Under the pieces are notes generated by a model. That model worked only from the letters and a program-made list of their open reading frames with translations. It was not told the DNA's origin and ran no database searches. Both the position numbers and the translations under genes were made by a program. 64,000 nucleotides of DNA from Octopus vulgaris (Eukaryota), in NCBI GenBank assembly GCA_951406725.2, contig OX597833.1, forward strand, positions 72,726,001-72,790,000, in the 5' to 3' direction. Of this stretch, positions 39,631 through 53,949 are shown in pieces. The first letter of the stretch is position 1; every line of letters starts with the position of its first letter.

Positions 39631-39972
39631 TACACATACACACACGACGAATTAATGCGGACCAGACAGCTTTCGTATTATAGCTTCCTTTTTGAATCTA
39701 TTATTAACTTTGGTGCACGAGACTTCCTTTCTTTTCTTTCTTTTGTAAAACAAAAAGGATTAGGATTAGGATTAGCAGATTTACATTTACTTATTCCACA
39801 CACACACACAAACACACACAACTTTATAAAACAAGATGGAAGGAAGAAGCTTTAATAAGTAATCACAATTGTTTTTGCGCAATGGTAACAGCTGCTGGTT
39901 GCAGTTTTCTATATCAGACATAAAATATATAAATAGATGTGATTCAGTCATAACTGTGTACCCGCACGTCGT

Positions 39973-40055
39973 CAGGTGAGTGGTTTTGAGAGCACTGCTG
40001 GGTCACGTCCAGTTTTACACACACATACACAGATATATATATGTATATGTATGTA

Positions 40056-40103
<48 letters not shown>

Positions 40104-40222
40104 CATATACATACATATATATATATATCTGTGTATGTGTATATATACATACATATATATATTTGTGTATGTGTGTGTAAAACTGGACGTGACTCAGCAG
40201 TGCCCTCAAAACCACTCACCTG
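39973..40222. repeat. Fold-back inverted repeat around a (TA)/(TG) core
   Basis: CAGGTGAGTGGTTTTGAGAGCACTGCTGGGTCACGTCCAGTTTTACACACACATACACA and its reverse complement, with a few mismatches. Confidence 0.85.
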
Positions 40223-40379
40223 TGTTTGACAGCGGAGTAAAGGCCTTCAGACAAAAACTGACTGAACAGCAAAAAGAGAAATATTGAATATATGAGATGC
40301 GTAGAGAACAGTGAAAATAATAACATGCGAAAAGCGGATGATTAGGTGCTACGAGTGTATATATATATATAAATGTGTG

Positions 40380-40413
<34 letters not shown>

Positions 40414-40730
40414 TGTATGTATGTATGTATGTATGTATGTATGTATGTATGTATATACATCTATAATATATTACATTTATCCATTTGTGTTGCAAGATAC
40501 ATGTCATAGAAGAGCAGAATGAAGTGGAGCAAGAGCGCACACGAAAACGAAGGGGGTCACAGATGTGTAACGAAAGATTTCCAGACACTGGACATGAATT
40601 AAAATAAGAGCAGTAATAAACGAGTGAAGAGCAAATATACAGTGCGTGTGTTTATTTGGCAAAAAAAAAGCGACCGTCCCGAAACACAACAATATATAAA
40701 ATATAATATAGTATAATATAATATGAGAGA

Positions 40731-40945
40731 GGCGGCGGCGTGGTGGCAGAATCGTTAGCACGCCGGGCAAAATGCTTAGTGGCATTTCGTACGTCTTTAT
40801 GGTTTGAGTTCAAATTCCGCTGAGGTCGACTTAGCCTTTCATCCCTTCGGGGTTGATAAAATAAGTACCAGTTGATTACCGGGGCTGATCTAATCGAATT
40901 AACTCCTGGCCTGAAATTGCTGGCCTTGTACCATAATTAGAAACC
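40731..40945 (+). mobile_element. SINE family B, full-length sense copy
   Basis: GGCGG..TGGCAGAATCGTTAGCACGCCGGG (A-box-like), GAGTTCAAATTCC (B-box), then GAGGTCGACTTAGCCTTTCATCCCTTCGGGGTTGATAAAATAAGTACCAG. Further copies at ~38160-38350, 41265-41448 and 45900-46010. Confidence 0.85.
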
Positions 40946-43900
40946 AATAATACTACAAGCAGATCCCTAACTTTCCGATACCGATGCTCTGGAACCGCTT
41001 CTGATCGTTACTAATTTACAAGCTGGGACTTCGAATTTCTGCGGCCACCAGACAAGTTTACTGGGCGGCCCTATTTCACAGTACTCTGCTCAGTACGGGG
41101 TTAATAAACTTGTATCATTTGCATTAATGGCCAGGTACCGGTATTTCATTTAAGTAAATCTATTTAATTTAGAGGTGACCATATCTGGTTCGAAAACATC
41201 AGCGACCCAGAGCAGGGACCAAAGCTTCTGCAAAATCGGTTTTCTACCGGCATAATATAATGATTTCGAATTTTGGAACAAAGCCAGCAATTTCAAGGGA
41301 GGGGTAAGATGATTACAGTAATCCCCAGTACATCACTGGTACTTACTTTACCGATCCCAGAAGGATGAAATGCAAAGTCAACGTCAGAATGTAAAAATGG
41401 TCAAAAGTATTTTGTCCGGCGTGCAAACGATTGTGCTAATTGGCCGCGACCAAGCTGAACTGTAAGCTCCTTGTGGCGTGTTTGAATTTTAGGTGGCAGA
41501 GTATACCACGGAGACACCGCTTAAGCTGAACATAAATTCTCAAGTGGAATCACAACGACAGAAACTGTGAAAGAAAAGGCTAAACTTTTGAATGATGAGA
41601 GAGAAGAATCAAACCCAATAGGAGTACTTTATTTATCGACCTCGAAAGGACAAAAGGGCAAAGGTGACCTCCGAGCAATTTGAATTCCGATTGTGGAGAG
41701 TCGGGATAACACCGGAGATTCTCTCTGACTCTCACGACTCTCAACCCATTGACTGACAGAGTCATGGTCTCCAAGTCCAATGTGGAACTCGTGACGAAAG
41801 AATCCTTAAATCGTTTGACGAAAGGTCCATTGGTTGAGACGAAAATAGGGAAATGATAACTTCTAGAAGTACGAGAACTTTCACAGAAACTCCCCCCTTG
41901 GATTATTGATTGAGTAAAGTTTTCCAACCGTGACCGTCCCGTCACTTTCTATATCTAGAGCTACACCACTGCGTTCTATTTTTAAAGCAATTGTGGGTGG
42001 GCTGAAGAAAATTTAGCTGTTATTTCCAGCTTTGGCTCAAAATAATAATGATTCCTTACAAACTGCACAGTTCGATGGAGGTGGGCCGGGTGGAGCGGCC
42101 CCAGGACTCGATTGGTACGTTATTTTATCAACCACCGGAAGGATGAAAAATAACGACGACCTCAGCGTGATTCGAACTGAGGGCCTAATCATCATCAGTG
42201 GCAGCATCACCTCTTATCCCCTCTTCCTCCCCTTCCTCCTCCTCCTCTGACTAATTAATTTTTAAAAAAATTACTCGAAATTGTCAGCGGTTGATGATGA
42301 CTGATGACTGATCATGTTGAGTCAATCCAACCTAAAAAAACTGCGACATTAAAAATATGTTCCTCTTCCCCACCCCCACCCACCACCCCCACCACCTTCA
42401 CCGCCCCACCCCCTCGTTAATGCTGATGTCTTGTGTTGGTTCAATGGAAATTCCTCCGACGATTCCATTCATTGCCAGACTCATTCCATCGCTCCAATTT
42501 CTGGAGAACAAAAACACAGGTAGCGTCTCTTTAAGCTTCTTAGGTGGGGAAAACACACAGAGACACACACAGACACACACACAGACAAACAGACACACCC
42601 ACACTCACACAGAGACACAAACATCCACACCCATCCACACCCACACACACTCACACACAAACACTCACACACACACCCCACATCCACCACCCCCCACACA
42701 CACTCACACCCACCCACATCCACCCCGCCACACACACACTCACACACAGACACAAACATCCACTAACACCCCCCCACATCCACCCCACCCCCCACTCACA
42801 CATGACACACTACAAGTCGTGACTGATTCATACATTTTTTCCTAGAATAATCCAAGACCTGTCGTTTCTTTTTGTTCTTTTTCCTTTTCTTCGAATCCGA
42901 CTGGTTTCAGTTTTACCAGGAAAGAGCTTATTTATCCGACCCCGAAAGGGTAGCAGGCAAAGTTAATCTCGGCGGGATTCGAAATCGGAGCACTTTCAAG
43001 TCTCCCTATCCTCTTTTTCTTTATCCTAACGACTCCACAACTTATTTAAAACTGGAAGATCGTTTATATAAAGGGGCTTAATTAGTTCTGTAAAAAACAC
43101 CTGTTTTAATTAAACCGATATATATGTGTATGTGTGTGGGGGGTATATATATATATTTCACCCGAAACCTAGCTGTTCGGCAAAAAAAAGACCGATCGAA
43201 TAAGTACTAGGCTTACAAACAATAAATCCTGGTCGATTTGTTCGAATAAAGGCGGTGCTCCAGCATGGCCGCAGCCAAATGACTGAAACAAGTAAAACGA
43301 AAACAAAAGAATAATCGTTCTTAGTTGTAATGTATTTTCACACCTGTGTCACAGGTGTTCTGCGCATGCGCGGCATATGTTCTTAATCCTCCCATCCGCA
43401 TTGTCACTCATCACCTGTCCCCTAATGATCTCCTTAAAGTCTCTACTTCAATAAACACTCTGCAACCAGCTGCTCTGGGAACCAGTGACGAGGCTACATG
43501 AGTCGCTAGGCCTGCTAGAAACAATAGCCAAATTTGTCTTATATTGCATTTCTTCGTCTTAGAAAAGGTTTCTGTGGATGACCGGTTCTGGATTTCCTGC
43601 GCGGAGGAAAAAGATCAGGTGGGGTGGTCATGACACTGGAATGCCTTTGATCACGTGTTTGTTCAAAAAGGGTTGACCTGGGTTCAAACAATAGTAACAA
43701 TCCTTCCTGTTGTATTGGTTAAGAGACTGACACCTCTATGTTCGTTTGACTAGCTAGAAACAACAACTAAATCAGCCTCAAATCATACGAAATAGTTTTA
43801 AAACAAGAGAAGGTACTTTGTATAATGTAGACCGGCGAACACTATGGTCAAAAAGATGGGGTGGTCACAGTTGGAATGCATTTACTTGTAATTCTGTTAG

Positions 43901-44059
43901 GTCATAGTTAACTCGGTGTATACACCACACACATACACACACACGTTTACACTTACACATCCTATATATGTGTGTGTATAAATATGTATGTATACATATA
44001 TAAGCGTATATATTAAGCATATATACGTATATACTTATGTCTATATGTATATACTTATA

Positions 44060-44275
44060 AAGTTAATCCAAACAAGAAAGCACAAAAAACACAACCACGC
44101 GAGGACGTGGAACAAATATAGTATTATTGGACGCTCAGGAAAGAAGGAAAGAAGGAGGGTTTAACGTTTCGAGCGGAGCTCTTCGTCGGAAACATAGGAG
44201 AAGGAAAGATCCAGAGAAAGGAAGACAGAGGGAAAAAATATCGCCAACGGTACACAGGCGGTCACATTTTGAATG
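44060..44275 (-). mobile_element. Probable Penelope-like terminal fragment containing a minimal hammerhead (44159-44193)
   Basis: Minus strand GUUU-CCGACGA-A GAGC UCC GCUC-GAAA-C-GUU-AAAC; the segment is bounded by TA-rich runs. Confidence 0.55.
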
Positions 44276-46110
44276 ATATATATATGTATATTTATATATA
44301 TGCATACACACATACACACACACGTTTCTCACACACAGACACACAGACCCACGAGTATGGAAGCTGCTAAGTTCTGTAAATCACCAAAAGGCGCCATGTT
44401 TCGTGCTTGACATTTATTAAACATTTGTTTCCACTTTTGTTTAAAGTTAATGAAACACACACATACACACAAATACGCACACATGCACACACATACGCAT
44501 GAATACACAAACACATACATACTCATATCAAGTTTTCCCTCATATCACCCGGGATGGGGTCCTCAACTAAAGCAGGTACCATTCCCCTCAGCATCTGATA
44601 CTCATCTTTCTAACAACCTTTTGCTTCCTCCATTTCCTACAATTGTCTTTCACTAAATGCCTGCAGAGGAATCGATCTCACGACATCTGTTCTGGCTTCT
44701 TATCCACCACTTGGTCAGTGCTATTCTATTCTCTCAATAGAGATCCGACAATCCGATTACGTTTAAGCAACAATCTCGTCACCCCCCCCCCATCTTGCAA
44801 TCCTCTGCCCCTTATTTGCCTCTCACCCACACCAAACACCTTTACTCTCAAATAATCCTTTCTTTTAAAGCTTTCATCCAAAAATCAATCAAAAAAGACA
44901 ATCCTGCAACACGCCGCAGCAGGAAGACAAGAATAAAGAAAGTAAAACAAACCAGATTCGACCTCACACCCCTTACTCCCGCCGCCTTACATAACCTATT
45001 GCCTCCCCCACTCCCTTATTAATCAGTTTCCTCTCAACCACCTTCTTCCAATCAAATAAATATAAAAATAAAAAGAGTCATAATCATTATTTTCACATGC
45101 TTCAGAGATTAAACGATTAGAATTTAAAAGAAATACTAACAATTAAATAATAAAAAAAAAAGCTCAGAAAATCTGCAGACCTACATATAGCTCGTCCCCT
45201 GCCCTTGCCCTTTATTCCACGCCCCCCTCTCTAAGGTTTAATGATTTTTCTGTGTTTTGTAAGTTTATTTATTTAATCAAAAGTTTCTTTTTTTTTCTTT
45301 TCTTTTAGCAGACAATAAAATCCGGATAAAAACAGTGGAAGTGAGAAGACGGAGGTGGGGGCGGTGGTGGTGGTGGTGGTTGGTGGTGGTGGTGGTGGTG
45401 GTGGTGGTGGTGGTGGTGGTGGTGGTGGTAGTGGTGGTCGTGGTAGAAGGTTATAGAGTGGAGTCTTCGTCGGTTTCGACGATCAGTATTCAATTGTTTG
45501 ACCAACTGAACTGCTGCTGACTCGTGAAATCTACGTGGACGTGGCTGAGTGCTCCACAGACACGAGTAACTGAAACGGAATTTTCAGGTAGAACCAGCGT
45601 CACAAAGTGTGTGACAAAGGCGGGATTTTGGAATTACAGGTAGAATAGAGAGACGGGAAGAAGAAGAAGAAGAAGAAGAAGAAGAAGAAGAAGAAGAAGA
45701 AGAAGAAGAAGAAGAAGAAGAAGAAGAAGAAGAATCGACTCTTGTACTACCAGGAAGGAGCTTATTTATCGGTCCCGAAAGGGTGGGGGACAAAGAGTCG
45801 GGGGTGTCAGTGAGAGAGAGAGAGAGAGAGAAAGGGAAGGAGAGACAGAGGGAAGGGGAAAGAGTGTGAGGAAGAGTAGGAAATCGATGACGTTGAATCA
45901 GAATCTTTAGCGCGTCGAACAAAATGCTTGGTAGTATTCTTTCTTACTCTTTATACGTTCTGAGTTCAAATTTCCGCAAGGTCGACTTTGCGCTTTTCAC
46001 CCTTTCGGGAACAAAAAGAAATAAAGAAGCATTTGAAGAGAGGGCGGGGGGGTGGGTGGAATTCATAGCTATGAAACGACGACAAATATGACGATGATGA
46101 TGATGATGAC

Positions 46111-46145
<35 letters not shown>

Positions 46146-46242
46146 CGATGACGATGACGATGATGATGATGATGATGACGATGACGATGATGACTATGAT
46201 GATGACAATGACGACGATGATGATCATCATCATCATGATGAC

Positions 46243-46310
<68 letters not shown>

Positions 46311-47420
46311 CGATGACGATGACGATGACGATGATGATGATGATGATGACGATGACGATGATGACTATGATGATGACAATGACGACGATGATGATGATCA
46401 TCATCATGATGACGATGATGATGATGATGATGATGACGATGATGATGATGATGATGACGATGATGACGATGATGATGATGATGATGATGACGATGATGAT
46501 GATGACGATGATGACGATGATGATTGTTACTTCGACGCCGTTTCTTGCCCTAATCCTCTCACAAATTAATATTTATAAATATCACTTGAGAAAAGAGATT
46601 CTTGCGATAGTGAGGTTACAGTCAGAGTTGGGGCTGTGTGACCTTATTGAACACACACACACACACACACACACTGACGCTGATTCAGCTTAAAAGCGAT
46701 ATAGACAAGACGAACAGTTTACGAAGTTCCTACTACATTCCATAGGCCACTCCCTTAATGCTACTGCCACTCTCATCACCACCACCACTCCTACCACTTC
46801 TTTTCATCTTCATCACCGTCCCCACCATTCTCTACAGTTTCCGCTAATTGTCACGCAAACATTTGTAACTGCCGGTATAAGTGACGACTGCCAATACACC
46901 GGGTCTCTCTCTTTTCTTTCTCTCTGTCTCTCTCCCTCTCTTACACACACGCGCACACAAACACAAACACTGCAAACCGTTGCAACTAGCGATGCATGCT
47001 TTTACTTGACTACAACACAACTGCACCGATTGATATACACAACACACGAACAACTTATGTATCGAATTGGAAATACGTTTTACAAGCAGATCCGTAAAAA
47101 GCTCGTCTCTTCACAACACAAATCCTTGCTTTACATAAAAGTGTTCTTTCTCTACTTTCACTTTCGACGACGTAACAAAGAGAAAACTGCCGGGTCCCCT
47201 CCACGTCCATTGGTCTTCGATGTTCTGGGTTTAGGAGTGAAATGTCGCTTACATCATACTGCATTCGACTTTCATATGAAAGGAAAGAGGGATACACATC
47301 TAGGCTGATGTGTTTCTGGATGGATTTTATATTCTGGATGCATTGTTCGTCTTGAGCAATTTCCTGAAGTATTTTCATTTAAAAAAATGACTGTTTTTAA
47401 ATGTCAGCAACAGTACTTTG

Positions 47421-47588
47421 TAGTAAAGATTGTTTGCCAACATAACATGGCAGTCCTGGTTCGAAAATATAAGGACACAGATCGTGTCGTACAGCCAGCT
47501 GGAGGCGATGTCTCCTGGGGTTAAATTACAGCAACTTTCGTCCTAAACCAGGACTGCCCCATGTTATGTTGGCAATCAAGCTTTACTA
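47421..47588. mobile_element. Small MITE-like element with ~41-bp terminal inverted repeats
   Basis: TAGTAAAGATTGTTTGCCAACATAACATGGCAGTCCTGGTT / AACCAGGACTGCCCCATGTTATGTTGGCAATCAAGCTTTACTA. Confidence 0.75.
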
Positions 47589-47629
47589 TTTTCATTAAAT
47601 TTCTTTATTTCTTATTTTAAAAAACGGTA

Positions 47630-47689
<60 letters not shown>

Positions 47690-49455
47690 AAGAAACTTCT
47701 GTTTTGATCAATTTGCTTATCTTTTATCGTTTATCTTTTACTTGTTCCAGTCATTAGAATGCGGCCATGCTACAGCATGCCTTGAAGAACTTTTAGTTGA
47801 ACGAATCGATTAAAAGATTGGTACTTACTCTATCGGTTCTATTTTGCCGAACCGCTAGAATACAGGGACGTAAACACACCAACGTCGATTGTCAAGCGGT
47901 GATGGGGGATAAACACACACACACACACATACATACATGCATACACACATACACATACACACACATGCTATATAAAATGCAAGTGTGTGTGGTAATCTAT
48001 GTGTGTTTAGTCCCGATTGGCTCTGGAACGGTTTGGCCTCAAGAAAGTCGAATCTGCATTTCGAAATCTGCGTCCCAAAGAGGATGTTGTCCGTAAATAG
48101 TAATAAAAATATATAATTTACCGCGAGAAATAACTCAACTTTTAGATCTACATATCTCACGCTTTCTATCTGTCACCATCGATCTATCTATCTCTATTTA
48201 TATACTATATACATATTTATTATTCTTTATCTTCCCCACTCTCTCCTCCTCCTCCTCTCTCTCTCTCTCTCTTCCTCTCTTTTCCTCTCTTTCTCTCTCG
48301 ATCCGGATGAAAAATGTAAGCTATGCGTAGCTGAAAGAACTCCTGCACGATGTTGAATACTAGATCCTAAAATTTCAGCGGTTGTAAGCATATGACTAAA
48401 TTTCTGTTGACGAATTGGAAAGTACTACTCTCTCTCTCTCTCTCTGTATTGAGCAGCTGTACTGCAACTCTAAGACACTATCTTTTCGCCCACGTTCAAA
48501 AGAGAAATAACTCTACGCCCACCTTTTGCTTCTTGCTATTTTCGTTTTCGTTTTCCGGTTTTTCAACTTTCCTCTTTTATATCTACTTCTTTCTCACTTT
48601 TTCTCTTATCTTATCGTCCGATATTAAGCTTGTTATGCTATGTGGACAGTGTCTGAAGACTGCGCTATGACACCAGACGTGTTAAAAAAACACTGTCGGG
48701 CATGCTTTCATCGCATGAAATTAATAGTAGCACATAAAACATATATTGTGCTTGTTAAATATTTATCTTTCACCAGACGGAGTACTTTTTTGTTGATCTT
48801 AACATCATGGAACAGTACAATACACACACACACACACACACGCGCATACAGGTGTGTGTGTATGTATGTACCTACGCTACCACCACTACTGCTGCCACCA
48901 TCAACCGTTTCACCAACACCACTGAAACCCACCCCGACCCCACCCCTTCCTATAAATCCTCTGGAACTCATGAGACAAACTTTTCCACAGATCAGAGGAA
49001 TGGTGTGAACGTTTGCAACAGATTCGATTCAATTGAAATCCCCGAAGGCAGCGTTGGTGTTAAAAGGGGTGGGGGCAGCGATTCGGCCCTCCCGCCATGC
49101 CACTCTCTTCATTGCACGAAACTATTCTCTACTGCAGAGCTGTACACCACCCTACCCTGCACCCTAACCTAAATAACAGTTCCTCTACGTGGCTGCTCTA
49201 TCAAATTACTAGAAATAGCAGCCACATCTCCCTCAAATCACACTCAACCATCTTTGAAAATAAAGAGAAGCTCGGTTAATGTCAATGAGTTGTGTCTGAA
49301 AGAAAAGCACGATAGGAGGATGGTCATGGCTGGAAGGCCTGTGATCAGATCACAAGTCTACTCGATTAGGACTAACCTGGAGATTAAACAACAACAACCA
49401 TCAATGCCACCATCATCATCATCATCATCATCAACATCATTGTCAGTTTCCTCCC

Positions 49456-49498
<43 letters not shown>

Positions 49499-50054
49499 TA
49501 TCATCATCATCATCAACATTCATCATTATCCTCCTCCTCCTCCTTGCAATTTCAATCCCTGCAACGTCATACAACCTTCAACACCTCCATCCATCGCCAT
49601 GAATGAACGAGGCAACCTCCACGTGATTAATCGACCTGCTTGAAATAGCAGTCAAATCAACCGGAAATGATGCGCGCGCACACACACACACACATATCTA
49701 AACTAGGAAGAGGATACATTTGATAATATAATCCAAAATATATTTAAACCCACAGGATGGCCACATCTGGAATGTCTACTGTTTGTCTGGTCAAAGAGAG
49801 CTGACCTGGGGCTAAACAACAATAACACCCTTAGCACCTAATCCCCGGCCCGACCCCGTAAACCGACCTCCGCCCGTCTCCTCCTCCTCTCAAAAGCCGC
49901 CATTTCCTCGGTTTACATTCCATTCTTGTGTTCCATCGAAACCGAAGCTGAAGGAATCAGTCAGGAATCCGAAGAATGCGAAGAATTCCAGCAATGACAC
50001 GGCTCCGTTTGTTTCCAATCGAACCATCACCATCGAAACACCAAATTCACTATC

Positions 50055-50088
<34 letters not shown>

Positions 50089-50126
50089 TCATCGTCACCA
50101 CCACCACCACCACCACCACCACCACC

Positions 50127-50160
<34 letters not shown>

Positions 50161-51027
50161 TCATCGTCACCACCACCACCACCACCACCGGTACCATCGT
50201 CGCCATCATTAGTAACATCGCCACCTACACCACCATCGCAAAATCCCCCCCCCCCACCACCACGTTTTATAAGAATCGCTTCATGTTTTCCTTTCCTTTC
50301 TTTTTTTTTTGTTCTTTCTAATAGAATGGATGATTGGAACAAGAGGGAGAGATGGGGGGGGGTCATTGGGAGGTGTGAGAAATAAAAGACAGGTAAGCTA
50401 GAGAGGGAGGGAGAGGTGGGCAGGTGTCTATGCAGAGGAAGAGGGCAAGAGAGGGTGGGAGGAGGTGGTTGTGGTGATGGTGGGAGTGGATCTGTATTTA
50501 ATTTTTTCCTTACAAAACAATAAAGAGAAAGAGAGAGAGAGAGAGTAAAAAGATGAAAGAAAGAAGGGGAGGCAGTATAGCGATATGATGACCGACTTAA
50601 TTGATAAACAGATACTTACCCTCCCCACTCCTCCTCCTCCCTCTCTCTCTCCCTTTTACATATGCGTGTGAATGTGTGGAGAAAAATAGATAGATAGATA
50701 GAGAGAGAGATAGATAGATAGAGAGAGAGATAGATAGATAGAGAGAGAGAGAGATAGATAGATAGATAGATGGATAGACAGACCCAAACTCTCAGATCTA
50801 TAAATGGGCCCCACTCAATTCATTTCTGCAGACTCTGAAATGAGTTGATCGGCCCACAATTATTAACTTCTTTTAACTGGATATAAACTATATTCATCCA
50901 TATATACCTATTGTTTTACGGGAATTTCATTCCCCAACAATACTAGGTATTGAACCATATTTCCTTGTCATGAGGTCAATTAAATTAAATATCTACATAT
51001 ACATACATACATATATATATATATATA

Positions 51028-51290
51028 TCACATGACCGACCATACCATCAGATGTTGTTACACATCGCTGGTCACAATGCCTTCGCATGACCCCACCCCG
51101 CTGGCTAATCGAGCAGGCCAACAGAAGGAAGAGTGGGAGAAAGAGTACAGCAGGGATCGCCACCACCCGGGGCCTCGTGGATCTTTAGGCTGTTTTAGCT
51201 CAATAAACACTCACAACGCCCGGTCTGGGAATCGAAACCGCGATCCTACCACCGCGAGTCCACTGCCCTAACCACTGGGCCATTGTGCCT

Positions 51291-51292
<2 letters not shown>
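51028..51292 (-). mobile_element. tRNA-derived SINE (family E)
   Basis: Head GGAGGCACAATGGCCCAGTGGTTAGGGCAGTGGACTCGCGG..GGTTTCGATTCCC with A/B boxes, followed by a non-tRNA body. Confidence 0.8.
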
Positions 51293-51337
<45 letters not shown>

Positions 51338-53469
51338 CATATTCATACATGTATACGCACACACACACATACAGACGCACGCGCGTAGACAACCAGACAA
51401 GACACATCTCCACCCCCCACCCCGCCACCGCCTCACCTCGTCTCTATCACAAACTGATAAAACTTAGCAAAGATGCAATTCCTGCCGACGCACTTTTCCC
51501 GCCGCTTGGAATGCTTCGATGACATTCTTTTGCTTCAGCCCTTCCTCCCACTGCTACCATTTCATGCTACTACCTCTCTTCCTCTTTCACAAATTCTCCG
51601 TGCTATCTTTTCTTCGGAACTTCTCGACTTTCATCGCATTTCTTCTTCTTCTTCTTCTTCTTCTTCTTCTTCTTCTTCTTCTTCTTCTTCTTCTTCCTCT
51701 GCTTCTTCTTCTGCTTCTTCTTCTGCTTCTTCTTCTGCTTCTTCTTCTTTTTCTTCCTCTTCTTCTTCTTCTTCTTCTTCTTCTTCTTCTTCTTCTTCTT
51801 CTTCTTCTTCTTCTTCTTCTCTCAGTCAAGCTTTGTTTGTTCTTTGTTGTCATCGTCGTCGTTTAGCCCACGGTCAGCTCTGCCCATTGCACAGCTGGAT
51901 GGAAACATAGCTTCCATTCGTAGCAGGAACGGTCAGCCTCGTAGAATTTCCTACATTGATGGCCCCATGGATTATATGATGAGCACGGACAGACTCAGAT
52001 TTGAAAGCTTCTACTTCCATTTGTAAACGCCTTCATTTCTTACTGTTATTTTTTAACGATGAAAGAACTCTCAGGTAGACATACTCAAATAACCCCTCCC
52101 CTCAAAATTTCTGGCTTTGTACTTCAATTAAAGACAATTGAAACAATTTTTAGAAAACGGTTGATTCTTGTTTTTGTTGTTGTTGTTGTTGTTGTTTAAC
52201 CCTAGGCAGGTTTGATCGAGAAGAATTTCATGAAAGACTTGAAAGTCGTGACCATCCCGTCTTCCTGTCTATTTTTCCATCGTAAATCTAAAAGTGTGTC
52301 TTTTTTAACCATAGATCGTCTGGATCTGAATCAATCTGGGTCTAATTAAAGTCACGGTTTGTCATTAAAAACAATCGTTCCTTTTCCTTTTTTAATGGCT
52401 TTCAATGCATTTTGAGTTTTCGAAGGGATTTTACTGGACTCAGTCAGAAACAGATGGGCAGGACCCCTAAGCCTTTTCAAGGCGATCGAGGCGTGAGGGA
52501 GGAAAAGAGGAATAGGTTATCGTCAGGTCGTAGACCGGGACCAAATGCTTCCAACAGAAGGAAGTTCTCCTAGGGGTCTCCGGGGATCAGTCACGTGATG
52601 GCTAATAGGTTAACTCTACCTACCACCCTCGGACTTACTCACTAACCCCCACCCACTCGCCAAATTCCACTCACAAAGCTTTGGATGACCTCAGAATGTG
52701 ACCGAACCTAAAAACAGGCAATTGCGAGGGAAACTTTATAACACGACACTGCCATATCTAAACCAGCTTTAATCACAAATTAATTAGTCATGTTCGTTAA
52801 AATAAATGATGGCAAAGCAATGGTGGTGATCGTGGCAGAGAGCGATGAGAGCAAAGATAGCGATGACGTCACAGCATTGAAGGTCGTCCATTGGTTCAGG
52901 CGAATATTGCAACGGGGGTGGGGTAGAAAGCCAAGGGTTTGAAACTGTATTCTTTCATTGTTTCAGTCATTGGTCAGCGGTTCCAGGACATATTTTGCAT
53001 CTGGTACGCTATTGGTCGTTCGCTTTTTGCCAAACATCTAAGTTACGGTGACTTAAACAAACCTACACCGGTTGGGAGACAAACATAGACAACAACAACA
53101 AACCCTACACAAAAGCACAACCACCCCAGACACAATGACCACCACAACCGCTAACATCGCAAACGCTACAAGTACTACCACTGCTACCACTACGGACACC
53201 ACCACCACCCTCACCACCGCCACCACCCTCACCACCGCCACCACCCTCACCACCGCCACCACCCTCACCACCGCCACCACCCCCACCAACAAACAATAAT
53301 AACAAACAACCACTCACCAACTTACAGAATTTATCAATGTTAGGATTTTATCTCTGGCCTTCATATTTGAGTGCCAGGGATTGCAAAGTTAGGCGCTCAA
53401 CGTGTATTTCACACATGCACACACATACACACATACACACATACACACATATACAAATGCATACAAAAC

Positions 53470-53507
<38 letters not shown>

Positions 53508-53949
53508 GGGAAACTAAATCAAAGCAATTGAAAGTGAGTGCAAGGTGATGACATTTACAGGAGTTCCTATTAAATGTGGCTGCTTTTTCAAAGTGAAACT
53601 ACAAATTTTCCTAGAAAATTCTCTTAAATTTATTTATTTCCCACGTAGCGTGCATATTAATTATACGCGCGCGCGCACGCATATATATATGTATGTATGT
53701 GTGTGTGTATATATACACTCATATACATTTAGGTTTTTTTCTCTTTCGTTTTCAAGTCCGGGTTTTCCACGCTTGCACTTCCTAACATAAACCATTCTAA
53801 ACTTTACCTCTTTTTCCAAGTAAAGAAACGGAAATTTGTTAACAGATAACATCGACGTCAGCGACCTTTCCAATAAACGTAAGCAGACATATTCGCGCCC
53901 GCACGCGCACTCACACACACACACATACACACACACTCACACTCACAGA

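Noticed and set aside
49890-50366. 158-aa Gly/Asp-rich ORF
   Set aside because: Mostly (GGT)n/(GAT)n repeat, with no homology or convincing splice context.
51220-51292. tRNA-like sequences (also ~33144, ~60790 and the family B/C heads)
   Set aside because: A/B boxes are present but there is no complete cloverleaf, and each runs into a repeat body. They are SINE heads, not tRNA genes.
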